Both the position numbers and the translations under genes were made by a program. A stretch of 45,667 nt of DNA from Planctomycetota bacterium (GTDB lineage: Bacteria; Planctomycetota; GCA-002687715; DRQF01), in assembly GCA_036479435.1 (NCBI GenBank), contig JAZGFI010000116.1:1-45667 (forward strand), read 5' to 3'. Positions 26,543 to 36,402 of this stretch are shown piece by piece. Every line of letters begins with the position of its first letter. Position 1 is the stretch's first letter. Under the pieces are notes generated by a model that saw only the letters and a program-made list of their open reading frames with translations, did not search any database and was not told the DNA's origin.

Positions 26543-29500
26543 GGATTCAGGTCCTGTTGCGGAGAAGTTTGAGTGGTCGGATAGCCGAGCGAGGGAGCTA
26601 CATCCCTAGTAGACGAATCTTGGGCGAAAAGTTCAGAGTTCTTTGCTTGTTCTTCCAGTAAAAGGCGCTCGGCCTCTTTACCTCCAAAGAGCCAGAAGAG
26701 GCCGGGAGTGACGAGGAAGTCGAGGATGGTGCTCGAAATGAGCCCGCCGATGACAACCGTAGCGACGGGGTAGAGGAGCTCTCGACCCGGCTGGCCCGGT
26801 GCCAGGGCTAGGGGCACGAGCCCGATGCCGCTGGTGAGGGCGGTCATCAAGATTGGAATCGCTCTCTCCTGGCCCGCGCGAATAATCATGGCCTTGGAGA
26901 AGGTCTCGTTCTCTTCGCGCATGAGCTGGAGATAGTGGTCCACCAACAAGATGGCGTTGCGCGTTGAGACTCCCAAGACCGCAATAAGCCCGACCAAGGT
27001 TGCAATCGAGATGACTTGGTCCGTCAGTACGACAAAGGCAACCGCGCCGATGAAGGCAATGGGGCGGCTCACCAGCACCAAGGTTGCTATCGGGATCGAG
27101 CGGAAGTGCATGTACAAAATCAAGAGCATGGCAAGCAAAGAGGCGACGCTCAGGATGGCGATCGTTCGGCTAGCCTCTTCTTGCGCTTCAAACTGCCCAG
27201 AGATCCGGATGGAGTAGCTGCCGGGGAGCCGAGCCAAATCCTCGCGAATTGGCTTTAGAGCTTTCTCAACGTCGGCGACGACATCTCCGAGGGCTCGGCC
27301 TTCGACGTTGTGCTGGACGACGACGCGGCGTTGCACATTCTCGCGGTTGATGTTGTTGGGAGTCTTGGTGATCTTGACCGTGGCGACATCGGACAGCAAG
27401 ACCAGATCCCCGTCGTCCCGGCGTAGATAAAGGTTTCTCAGCTTTTCGAGACTACTGCGATCTTCTTTGCGAAGTCGCACTGCAATCGGAAAAGTGATCT
27501 GGCCGACTTGCATACGCGACACTTCGTGACCACCCATAGCCAAGTTGATGGTTTCGGCGACATCTTCAACGCGAAGCCCCCGCGCGGCGAGGGCCTCGCG
27601 ATTTGGCTTAACCTCGACTTGATCGATCATCACCTGCGGTTCAACGTAGAGGTCACGGATTCCCGCAATCGGCTTGATCGCAGATTCAACTTCCTTTGCC
27701 GTTCGCCGCAGGATCTCGAGATTCTGGCCGCTGATCTTGATGGCGACTGAGGCGGTCACTCCTGAAAGCAAGTGGTCGAGCAAGTGCTTTAGGGGTTGTT
27801 CGGTGGAGGTGATAACGCCGGGGAATTCCTCGGCGCTGCGGTCGCGAATGTCACGTAGTAGCTCCTCACGCGTGCGATTTGAACTCGGGTCAATCGTGAT
27901 GATGGCTTCGGTGACGCTGACTGGCATCACATGCTCATCGCCGCTGGCGCGGCCCGTTCGGCGCCCGACGTGTTGAACGCCTTCGATTCCGCTGAGGACT
28001 TTCTCAAGTCGCTTGCCGAATGCGTCGGAGGTCTCAAGGCTCGCGTCGGGATCGAGAACAAGGTTGGCCTGAAAGGAACCCTCGTTGAACTCCGGAAGGA
28101 AGGCATCGCCGGTGCTTAGGAAGAGCATTAAACAACAGGCGGCGACCGCGAGGATCACGGTGAAAATATGCATGGGCCAAGCAAGGCTGAAGCCCACCAT
28201 GCGCCCCACAACTTTCTTAATGCCGCGCACGAGCCAGCCGCCATACTCGCGCTCTTTCGCCTTGCGCATTCCGAGTAGGTAGTAGCACATGACCGGCGTA
28301 ACCGTCATCGCCACTAAGAGTGACGCGAACACGCTCACGATGTAGGCCAAACCAATGGGAGCGAACAAACGCCCTTCGATACCACTCAGGAAAAACAGCG
28401 GCAGGTACACGACGGTGACCAGCAAGGTCCCATACATGACCGGCTTTCGAATCTCGGAAGACGCTCGAAAAATCACGCCGAGGACGGCCTGAGGTTGACT
28501 CAGATTGGAGTTTTGATGGAGCCGGCGGAACACGTTCTCCACATCGACGATGGCATCGTCGACCAAAGTGCCGATGGCGACGGCAAGCCCTCCCAGAGTC
28601 ATGGTGTTGATCGAAAGGCCGAAGGCATGGAACACCAGGGCGGCGCAGGCCACCGAAAGAGGGATCGCGGTCAAAGTAATGAGCGTCGTGCGGAAATTCA
28701 GCAGGAAGAGAAACAAGATGATGACGACGAGAATGCCCCCGTCGCGCACCGCATCGAAAACATTGTCGATGGCGCGGTCAATGAAGGCTGCCTGTTGAAA
28801 CACGTCGTCGATGATCACGACGTCTTCGGGAAGATCTACTTGGGCGCGTTTGAGCTCGGCATTGATGCGGTTGGTGAGGTCGACAGTGTCGACGCCCGGT
28901 TGCTTTGAGACCACCATGATGACGCCCGGCTTGCCGTTGATACCTGCGTCTCCAGTTCGAATGGCGGCGGGCCCAAACACAACGTCGGCGACGTCGCTCA
29001 GCAGTACGGGTCTGACAGGGTCCGAGCGGACCACCGCCTTGCTGAGTTGCTCCCCCCGCTGAATCAACCCGGGTACGGTTACGACCGGACCCTTAGCGCC
29101 GATGTTGAGGTAGCCGCCAGCGACGTTGACATTGGATTTCAGAACGGTGGCTTCGACTTCGGGCAAGGTGACGTCGAAGGTCCTCAAACTCTCCGAGTTC
29201 ACGATGACCTGGAGTTCGGTGGGTTGGCCCCCGGTAGTGACGACCTGCGCGATTCCGGACAAGGAGAGAATGCGTGGTTTGATATCGCGGTCGATGATGA
29301 GTCGCAGTGCGGTCGGATCTGTTTCGCCGGTCTTGCTTTGAAATCCGATGAGTTGGATTTGCCCCATGATGCTGCTGATCGGGGCCATGAATGGCACCGA
29401 CCCCGAGGGGAGCTTTGCTTTCGCGAGTTGCAGTTTCTCGGCTACGATCTGGCGATCGCGGTAGATGTCGGTGCCCCATTCAAACTCGACGTAGATGACC

Positions 29501-29772
29501 GATAGGCCAGTGCCGCTGGCAGAGCGCACGCGATAAACGCCGGTCGCTCCGTTCATGACCTGTTCGATGGGCCAGGTTACTAGCAGCTCTACATCCTCGG
29601 GCACCATGCCCGGGGCTTCGGTCATGATCGTCACGACGGGGCGATTGAGGTCGGGAAGGACGTCAATCGGCATCTGGGATGCCGTCCACAAACCGTAGGC
29701 TCCCACCATCAACGCCAACACGGCGACGATCATGCGGTTGTTAAGCGAGGCGGCGATGATCTTGTTGAGCAT
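26539..29772 (-). CDS. CusA/CzcA family heavy-metal RND permease
   Basis: PIDVLPDL, TM4 LVDDAIVDVEN, FLPEFNEG, ERAIPILMTALT, GRELLYPVATVVIGGL. 1077 aa. Confidence 0.95.
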   Translation of the reverse strand: MLNKIIAASLNNRMIVAVLALMVGAYGLWTASQMPIDVLPDLNRPVVTIMTEAPGMVPEDVELLVTWPIEQVMNGATGVYRVRSASGTGLSVIYVEFEWGTDIYRDRQIVAEKLQLAKAKLPSGSVPFMAPISSIMGQIQLIGFQSKTGETDPTALRLIIDRDIKPRILSLSGIAQVVTTGGQPTELQVIVNSESLRTFDVTLPEVEATVLKSNVNVAGGYLNIGAKGPVVTVPGLIQRGEQLSKAVVRSDPVRPVLLSDVADVVFGPAAIRTGDAGINGKPGVIMVVSKQPGVDTVDLTNRINAELKRAQVDLPEDVVIIDDVFQQAAFIDRAIDNVFDAVRDGGILVVIILFLFLLNFRTTLITLTAIPLSVACAALVFHAFGLSINTMTLGGLAVAIGTLVDDAIVDVENVFRRLHQNSNLSQPQAVLGVIFRASSEIRKPVMYGTLLVTVVYLPLFFLSGIEGRLFAPIGLAYIVSVFASLLVAMTVTPVMCYYLLGMRKAKEREYGGWLVRGIKKVVGRMVGFSLAWPMHIFTVILAVAACCLMLFLSTGDAFLPEFNEGSFQANLVLDPDASLETSDAFGKRLEKVLSGIEGVQHVGRRTGRASGDEHVMPVSVTEAIITIDPSSNRTREELLRDIRDRSAEEFPGVITSTEQPLKHLLDHLLSGVTASVAIKISGQNLEILRRTAKEVESAIKPIAGIRDLYVEPQVMIDQVEVKPNREALAARGLRVEDVAETINLAMGGHEVSRMQVGQITFPIAVRLRKEDRSSLEKLRNLYLRRDDGDLVLLSDVATVKITKTPNNINRENVQRRVVVQHNVEGRALGDVVADVEKALKPIREDLARLPGSYSIRISGQFEAQEEASRTIAILSVASLLAMLLILYMHFRSIPIATLVLVSRPIAFIGAVAFVVLTDQVISIATLVGLIAVLGVSTRNAILLVDHYLQLMREENETFSKAMIIRAGQERAIPILMTALTSGIGLVPLALAPGQPGRELLYPVATVVIGGLISSTILDFLVTPGLFWLFGGKEAERLLLEEQAKNSELFAQDSSTRDVAPSLGYPTTQTSPQQDLNP

Positions 29773-29783
29773 TTCCGCGGCCC

Positions 29784-31427
29784 CTAGTGACTATGACCGG
29801 CGTGGGCGTCGACCGGTGCGGAATCGCTTTTTAACGCCATGCCCAAGGAGTAGGCCCCGCTCATGACGATGGTGTCGCCGTCAAAGACCTTGGTGTGCCG
29901 GTTGATGGCGATCACCGCGATGCGTTCGTCCTGGAAGACGATTTCGACTTCGAGCGGCTTAAAGGTGTCTCCGTCTGGAATAAACACCACCTTGGCGGGA
30001 CCGTCGTCAGCAACCGCCTCGCTCGGAATGACGAAGACGTTTTTGAGCTGAACATTGGGCACTTGCAGCAAGTACTTAAGGCCGGGACGAAGCTTCCAGC
30101 TGCGGTAACTCATGCCTCGCGCGTCCTGGCGAATGGCGAGAGTCTCGTTCTTCACGCGGACGAAGGCGACGGTGCCTTTCATGCCGTCATCGCTGGCGAC
30201 GTAGTCAATTGATAGCTGACTCAGATTTGGCCCGGCATCTGCGACCAGGGGTCGCGCGTCACAGGGTGTTCCGGCGACGAGCGACTTCAAGATGTCTTGC
30301 TTTTCACCGCCGACGGGCTGAGATTTTAAAAAGAGCTCGCGGGAGTTGAGGAGCGAAAGCAGTTTATCTCCGGCTTTTACCTGAGCGCCGGGCTTGGCGA
30401 AGATGTCGTGGACGTCCCAATCCGGCACCAGGCCATTGGCCGGAGCCCTGATCGAAATCACGGGATCCAAAGCGCGCTGTCGGTGGAGTTCAGCGACTTG
30501 CTCGACGCTGTAGCCCATCTGGATAAGCGCTCCGATCTCCAAAAAAGGAAGGCCTTTCGGATCTTGTTGTTTGACCCACGAGATGAGGACCGGGTGGATG
30601 AGACCTGCGGCGGCGAGTTCGCCGACGGTCGCAATGGTCCATCGATCCTGCTGAAGGCGATTCGGCAGGGCCTCAAACAGGCGTTTGGCGGGTTCAGTCC
30701 ACAGACCGTTCTCGACCAAGGCGCGCATCCAGTTCTCGCGCCCAAGCTTGGGGATGTAGTCGCCGGCAATGATGCTCTTGATCTGCTCGGGAGTAAAACC
30801 GTGCTTGATGAGCTCGTGCTCGGCCTGATCGCGGTCATTCTCGCGGCGTGTTAGGTCGTACTGGAGTTCAATGAGTTTCTGTCGCGGCAGGACGGCCGCG
30901 ACATTGCCAGATCCGCCCGTCGTGAACTTGGAAATTCGTTTGATCTCGGTCTTGAGGATCTTGACCTCGCCTAAGGCCTTTCGAAGTTCGACAACTGTGC
31001 CGTGTACTTTTTCACGCGCGGGTTTGATGACCTCTTCGGTCAAGGTGAGCTTCGTGCGGCTTATGGGATCACGGAGCATCGTAAGCAAGGTGTCACCAGC
31101 CTTGACCATGACCCCGGGACGTACGGCGATCCTGGTGATGCGTCCGCCGATAGGAGCAAAAATCGGAAGCTCCGTGAATTGGGTGGTCTCGATGACCCCG
31201 GGGATCGCGCGTGTCTTAGTAAAAGTCGTTGCCTCTGCGACACCTAAGGTGACGCCGAGATTGCTCAAAGTTTGGGGAGAGAGTTCATCGCCGTGAGGCG
31301 CGGCGGCGTCATCTTCGTGAGCGTCCGTTTTTTCGTTTGATCGAAGAGTCGCCATGCGGCCACCCCAAGCGCCGATCGCCGTGAAGATGAAACAAAAGAG
31401 CAAAAGATCCCAGCGTTTACTTTTCAT
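29784..31427 (-). CDS. RND periplasmic adaptor (CzcB-like) with a long helical insertion
   Basis: N-terminal anchor, IFAPIGGRITRIAVRPGVMVKAGD lipoyl half-motif, VIPSEAV, and C-terminal DAHAGHSH. Confidence 0.88.
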   Translation of the reverse strand: MKSKRWDLLLFCFIFTAIGAWGGRMATLRSNEKTDAHEDDAAAPHGDELSPQTLSNLGVTLGVAEATTFTKTRAIPGVIETTQFTELPIFAPIGGRITRIAVRPGVMVKAGDTLLTMLRDPISRTKLTLTEEVIKPAREKVHGTVVELRKALGEVKILKTEIKRISKFTTGGSGNVAAVLPRQKLIELQYDLTRRENDRDQAEHELIKHGFTPEQIKSIIAGDYIPKLGRENWMRALVENGLWTEPAKRLFEALPNRLQQDRWTIATVGELAAAGLIHPVLISWVKQQDPKGLPFLEIGALIQMGYSVEQVAELHRQRALDPVISIRAPANGLVPDWDVHDIFAKPGAQVKAGDKLLSLLNSRELFLKSQPVGGEKQDILKSLVAGTPCDARPLVADAGPNLSQLSIDYVASDDGMKGTVAFVRVKNETLAIRQDARGMSYRSWKLRPGLKYLLQVPNVQLKNVFVIPSEAVADDGPAKVVFIPDGDTFKPLEVEIVFQDERIAVIAINRHTKVFDGDTIVMSGAYSLGMALKSDSAPVDAHAGHSH

Positions 31428-32863
31428 TTTTTGTGCCCTCCGGTTGAGGCTTGTGCAGCTCTCAGTTTTTGAGGAACTCGAGCAATATCAAGTTCTCCCG
31501 GAATTCGAACGAGGGGTTTGCCGACGCTCATTTCAAGATCTATCCAGGCTTCGCGTTCGGCGAGATTGGCGGCGAGCGCTTCGATTTTCACTTGCCGAAA
31601 ACTTCTTTCTGCGTCGAGGAGACGCAGCGCGTCCGCAGAGCCCGCGGCCATGGATCGGCGCGCGAGATCGATGCTCTTTTTTGCGCTCGGGAGGATCGTG
31701 TCCCGTAGAATCTTGCGCCGTTCCTTGGCGAGTTGCAGCGCCGCAAAAGATCTTTCCACTTCGGCGAGCGCGCGGTTTGCGGCGGCCTCGTAGCGCATTC
31801 GGATCTCCTCTCGTTTTTGGGAAGCTTCCGCGATGGCCTGCTGATTTTGGTCGAACAAAGGTAGCTCGATGCCCAGCGCGAGTCCCAAAACGGTCTTGTG
31901 GTCTCCGGAATCCCCAGCCAACGAGGGGCCGATCTTAAGATCGGGATACTGCTCGGCGATCTCGAGGCGAAGGCTGCACTCGGCCTCTTCATAACGGGCT
32001 CGCAGCCGGGCCAACTCGGGGTGGTTGTCAGTCAAAAGACGTTTGAGGCCTTCGAGGTTGAGGTCGCTTTTTACCTCGAGGGTTAGGCTGTTGTCCGGCA
32101 GCTGCGCGAAGTGGGCAGCGCCAACTCCGACGAGAGCGGCGAGTTCAGCTCTGGAGCGGGCGGATGCAGCTTTGGCCTGGAGGAGTTGAGCCTGCGAGCG
32201 GCCACCTTCCAGTTCGAAGAGTGCCACGTCCAAGGCAGTGGCTTGGCCGGCTTCGACGAGGTGTCGGGCCTGCGAGACCGATTGTCTCGCGGCGGCAGTG
32301 ATCTCGGTTCTGAGGCCCTGAACTTTATGGGCGATGGCGAGCCGTAAATAGCGACGGCGAAGCTCAAGGTAGAGCTCGCGTAGGCTCGCCAAGCCACCTA
32401 CTCGAAGCACCTCGGCGCGGGCTGAATTGAGATTATCGCGTCGCGCGAGTCGGTCGCCCAAGGGGATGGTGATGCCCAAAGATCCAAAGGGCACGACGGG
32501 GTTGACCTCTACGCCGGAGCCAAATCCGAATTCCGGCCCGACTTCGAGGCTCGGGTTCGGCAGAGGTGTCTTCACCTGTGCGCGAGCGTATGCAGTCTCG
32601 TAGGCCGCAATCGTCTCTTTCAGATCAGGGCTGTAGAGTTTCATCCAAGCCGCGGCCTGTGCCAAACTGACGTTGCTGACGAAGGGAAGACGGCGGTCTT
32701 TAGACGCTCTCATCTCATTGTTGTGCCCAGGGTGCAGGCGGGCCCGATCGACGGAATTAAGCGTTCGATGCGGGTCCAGCGGGCGCGGTTCGTAGGACTG
32801 ACAGCCCGAAGAAACGCCAGCTAGGCAAACAAGAATGATGGAGCGGATCGAGTGGCGATCCAA
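31424..32863 (-). CDS. TolC/CzcC family outer membrane factor
   Basis: Lipoprotein signal (SGC), LPNPSL, QYPDLKIG, IELPLFDQNQ. First of the C-B-A gene order. Confidence 0.9.
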   Translation of the reverse strand: MDRHSIRSIILVCLAGVSSGCQSYEPRPLDPHRTLNSVDRARLHPGHNNEMRASKDRRLPFVSNVSLAQAAAWMKLYSPDLKETIAAYETAYARAQVKTPLPNPSLEVGPEFGFGSGVEVNPVVPFGSLGITIPLGDRLARRDNLNSARAEVLRVGGLASLRELYLELRRRYLRLAIAHKVQGLRTEITAAARQSVSQARHLVEAGQATALDVALFELEGGRSQAQLLQAKAASARSRAELAALVGVGAAHFAQLPDNSLTLEVKSDLNLEGLKRLLTDNHPELARLRARYEEAECSLRLEIAEQYPDLKIGPSLAGDSGDHKTVLGLALGIELPLFDQNQQAIAEASQKREEIRMRYEAAANRALAEVERSFAALQLAKERRKILRDTILPSAKKSIDLARRSMAAGSADALRLLDAERSFRQVKIEALAANLAEREAWIDLEMSVGKPLVRIPGELDIARVPQKLRAAQASTGGHKK

Positions 32864-32942
32864 AGGAGTTCTCCGTTTTGATTGGGTTCACGTTCGAATA
32901 CGACCGACATCCGCGACTGGCGGAAGCGGTGATTCGCTGCGA

Positions 32943-33401
32943 TCAAATCAAAAGGACGGAGTGTTGAACTGAATTAGCGAGCCGTGGCGGCGGCGGCCTT
33001 GTGACGGGAGTGGCGTTGGGTTCACCAAGATCCAGGCCGGCTTGCCAATCCCAAGCAAGTGCTTGGTGAGCTGGCCAGCTCTTCCTGTGAGGCCTGCTCG
33101 CCATCGGCACATTGGAAACCAAGAGAAAGTCTGGTTGCTGGCAATGTCGGCAATCTTTGTCGTGATCGTGGTCATGCCCGTGCGGCAGGGATATTTGAGC
33201 AGCTTTACCCACGGCGAGGTGGTGCGAATGGCAGCCCTCATCGTGGGTGTGCAAGCAGGGGGCTGCACCGTCGCACTCGTGAAGCGAGGCGTGGTGCTGC
33301 TGGATGTGAAGGGGAACACTGAAAAAGCACTGGGCCAAAAATGCGATCAGAATCGCCGAGGCGACCGTCGCATGGCGGTGATTTGTAGGATTCCCTTCCA
33401 T
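32943..33401 (-). CDS. His/Cys-rich small protein upstream of the efflux operon (DUF2946-like)
   Basis: Hydrophobic N-terminus, HGHDHDHDKDCRHC, and a late RPPP motif. Confidence 0.6.
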   Translation of the reverse strand: MEGNPTNHRHATVASAILIAFLAQCFFSVPLHIQQHHASLHECDGAAPCLHTHDEGCHSHHLAVGKAAQISLPHGHDHDHDKDCRHCQQPDFLLVSNVPMASRPHRKSWPAHQALAWDWQAGLDLGEPNATPVTRPPPPRLANSVQHSVLLI

Positions 33402-33526
33402 TGCTTAACTATCGGCATCAATGCCAAGACCTGCAAGTGAATTTCAAAATGGCTGTCTGGCACGATGATGGCTGGGCGTTAGTGGCTTAACTTCGAAGTC
33501 TGAGAATAGGTCGTGAAACAACGTTG

Positions 33527-34228
33527 CTAAATGCGGCTGCGAAGCATCACCACTTCGATCTTGCTCAGGCCGGGTGGGTTGTTGGGGCCGGCCTTGCCGA
33601 CTTCGATCTCGATCTCGGTTACGTCGAGGCGGTCCATGTTGCGCAAGGCGCCGTGTCCGGAGATCGGCCAACCGCCGTGTTCGGCGTCCAGCATGGCGAG
33701 ATCGCGAGCCAGGTTACGGTGACGACTAAGAGGCTTGGCGCGACGAATCAAGATGCCTTTGGGCTTGACGGGCTCAACTTGCTTGCCATTGACGGACAGG
33801 AACTCGCCGCCGTCACTCGCGACAATGACCGCTTCAATCGAGCGGCTCGTCTGGTTGTATTGCGCCTGCGAAGTGATGGTGTAAGTACCGGCACCGGCGA
33901 ATTTGGGGGCAATCGCGATGCTGAGGGTTGCGCCCCCCAGCGTTCCCGAAACGACTCCCAAGCCGTCCCCGCCAAAATCGGTTCCCAACCTTAGTTCTGT
34001 GATTGCAAAATCTAGGCCGGATTCGCAGGCCTGGTAGGCGCGCTCATGGGCCAAGGCTGCCGTGGCCGCTTGGTGACGTCCTTGACTCATCATGAGCAAG
34101 ATCGCGCTCATCGACGCCATCGTGAACAACAGCGCTAAGACGACAACGATCATCATCGCTCCGCTTTCTCGCGGATTGGGGCGAGCCATTTGCTCTTGGG
34201 ACCTTGACCTTGTGTGAGCCAGCGGCAT
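33527..34228 (-). CDS. PilX-like minor pilin / pseudopilin
   Basis: RESG-AMMIVVVLALL class III signal without Glu5, and AYQACESGLDFAI typical of the PilX N-terminus. Confidence 0.7.
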   Translation of the reverse strand: MPLAHTRSRSQEQMARPNPRESGAMMIVVVLALLFTMASMSAILLMMSQGRHQAATAALAHERAYQACESGLDFAITELRLGTDFGGDGLGVVSGTLGGATLSIAIAPKFAGAGTYTITSQAQYNQTSRSIEAVIVASDGGEFLSVNGKQVEPVKPKGILIRRAKPLSRHRNLARDLAMLDAEHGGWPISGHGALRNMDRLDVTEIEIEVGKAGPNNPPGLSKIEVVMLRSRI

Positions 34229-34761
34229 CAGTTGCGCAGTCCGGTCGTTGATTCAACGGCGGTGGTAAGCGTTCGCCCGTTCTTGTCGACCTCAGACAAC
34301 TCCAAACGAACGGTCACTATGGAGGAAACCCGCGAGAAGTTGATTCTTTTGAGTCGATGACAAAGGACTCTGACGACACCGCCCTGGGAGCGAACAAGGC
34401 TACCGTCGTCGGCGATGTTGTTGGCATTCGAGTCGACACCAGAAGTGGCATAGCGATAACTGATGATCGGCGACAAGATGACTTTCTCGTTCTCGTAGCC
34501 CAACGGGACTCGGAAGTCGAGGCTTTGTGAATCACCTTCATTGCTAATGGCGACCGTGGTTGCGTCCGCCATTCGGAGTTCTCCAACCAAAGCCTCCAAA
34601 GCCAATCGAGCGTCGCCTTGGATACCACCCATTCGGTAGCTCGATTCTTGGAAGTCCGAAGAGGATTTGAAGAACTGCCCGACGCCAATCAGCACAAGCG
34701 TACACAAGCCCACGGCAATCACCGCCTCCAACAGGCCCATGCCAGTGTCAGAGCGACTCAT
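34228..34761 (-). CDS. PilW/PulJ-like minor pilin
   Basis: G-MGLLEAVIAV prepilin motif with Glu5, and ARLALEALVGELRMA. Confidence 0.75.
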   Translation of the reverse strand: MSRSDTGMGLLEAVIAVGLCTLVLIGVGQFFKSSSDFQESSYRMGGIQGDARLALEALVGELRMADATTVAISNEGDSQSLDFRVPLGYENEKVILSPIISYRYATSGVDSNANNIADDGSLVRSQGGVVRVLCHRLKRINFSRVSSIVTVRLELSEVDKNGRTLTTAVESTTGLRN

Positions 34762-35315
34762 CGTGTAGCCACCAGAGTTACGAATTCCATCGTCGAGGTC
34801 CCTTCCACGCCTTTCCATTCGAGGATGAACTTCGCCGGTAGCAAGGCCACGCTACCGTGGCTTGAGTCAACGGCGCCATCACCATCGCGGTCGCGAAAAG
34901 TGAGATCGTCAGGGAGCTGAGAAGACGGGGTCTTAGCGAGGTCAGCAATCAGCTCGATGGGAAAAGTAACGGAGACTGAGAGGTCTGGTTCGATCTCCGC
35001 CGACTCCTTTTTGGCGGAAGCCCCAAGCGCTGTGATTGTTAAGTCGCTAGTCTTGGCGCGCAGGTCGGCCAAGCTTGCTTTTAGGTCGCCACTAGCTCGC
35101 AGTTCTTCGCAGAGACGCCGCTGAGTGTTGAGGGTCGCAATCTTGGTCTGAATTTGTCGGTCAAGGGCCGCGCAGTGCGCCATCGTGGAGACCGTTCCAG
35201 AGACTCCGATCAGCAACAGGGCGATTGAAACCATGACCTCGATGAGGCTGAACCCACCCTGTGATGAAAAGGGCTCAGTCGGCTTCGTGGGCTTTTCATT
35301 GCGATGAAACAACAA
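34758..35315 (-). CDS. PilV-like minor pilin
   Basis: QGG-FSLIEVMVSIALL prepilin cleavage/methylation motif. Confidence 0.8.
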   Translation of the reverse strand: MLFHRNEKPTKPTEPFSSQGGFSLIEVMVSIALLLIGVSGTVSTMAHCAALDRQIQTKIATLNTQRRLCEELRASGDLKASLADLRAKTSDLTITALGASAKKESAEIEPDLSVSVTFPIELIADLAKTPSSQLPDDLTFRDRDGDGAVDSSHGSVALLPAKFILEWKGVEGTSTMEFVTLVATR

Positions 35316-35490
35316 GTAAATCGTGCCTTTCCGTCAGAGCGTTTCCGGTCCGCTGAATAATTATCGACCGTTTCGTCGCCGAGATTAGGTCAATCTGGCG
35401 ATCTGCCCGCTGGCGAGAGTTGGTGAGCGAAGTGAGTTACACTGAACCCCAAGGGCATTCCTCTCTTTCGATACACTCGGAGGGCTCCCC

Positions 35491-36402
35491 ATGTTTCCTC
35501 GCCATCTGCTCTTGAGCGTCGCCGACGAAGGCGAATTCCAACGCTACAAGTCCCATCTCGCATGGCTGCTCGCGCGCCTCTCAGCGCGCGTGACGCTGCT
35601 CAACTCGAAACCTGTTGGCAAAAAACCGACTCTCGGCGCTGATCCTCAAGAGGGATCGCGCTCGGCTGAAGTCTCTCATTTAGTGGACGACGCGGTCCTC
35701 GGTGAGCACACTGAAGGATTCCTTGAGGTGTCATCTGGGGGCACCTTGCCGGATGTGATCTTTGACTCTGCAGAACGTATTGGCGCCGACTTAGTCGTGA
35801 TGCCGACACACGGTCGATCGGGTTTTGATCGCCTGATTTCAGGAAGCGTTACCGAGCGCGTCGTGCGCGCCTGCCGCATGCCCGTGCTGACTCTCGATAT
35901 CCCGGACGAAGCCGACTCTTTGGAACAAGCGGCTTGTGGCCGCTGCATCGTGCCGACGGATTTTTCGAAGTTCTCGAAGAAAGCGGCGTTCGTCGCCGCT
36001 GACATTGCTTCCAGAATCGGCTGTGGCGTCACGCTCTTTCACGCCGTCGAGCCGCATCCCTACGCGGCGACGCTTGGGGGTGGCTATGCGTCCCTGGATT
36101 ATTCCGTCGACATGACCAAAGTACTGCAGCCGCACTTAGAATCGATCGCCGACACTATGCGATCTCGAGGCGCCGACGTCGACGTCAAGCTCGTCGCGGG
36201 TCCCTTCGTCTATTCGATCGAAGAGTACTGCAGTCAGTACCGCAACCCGCTGGTCATCATGGCCACCACCGGGAGAGACTCTTTGGAGAGTCTGTTTATC
36301 GGCAGCAGTACTGAACGGGTGTTGCGAACGTCGCTCTTCAACGTGCTAGCGTTGCCGGGATCCTCCCTGACGAAACTTGATCCGTCTCAAGGCGACTCCT
36401 GA
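35491..36402 (+). CDS. Tandem-domain universal stress protein
   Basis: ADLVVMPTHGRSGFDRLISGSVTERVVR, VPTDFS, and VIMATTGR...IGSSTERVLR. Confidence 0.93.
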   Translation: MFPRHLLLSVADEGEFQRYKSHLAWLLARLSARVTLLNSKPVGKKPTLGADPQEGSRSAEVSHLVDDAVLGEHTEGFLEVSSGGTLPDVIFDSAERIGADLVVMPTHGRSGFDRLISGSVTERVVRACRMPVLTLDIPDEADSLEQAACGRCIVPTDFSKFSKKAAFVAADIASRIGCGVTLFHAVEPHPYAATLGGGYASLDYSVDMTKVLQPHLESIADTMRSRGADVDVKLVAGPFVYSIEEYCSQYRNPLVIMATTGRDSLESLFIGSSTERVLRTSLFNVLALPGSSLTKLDPSQGDS

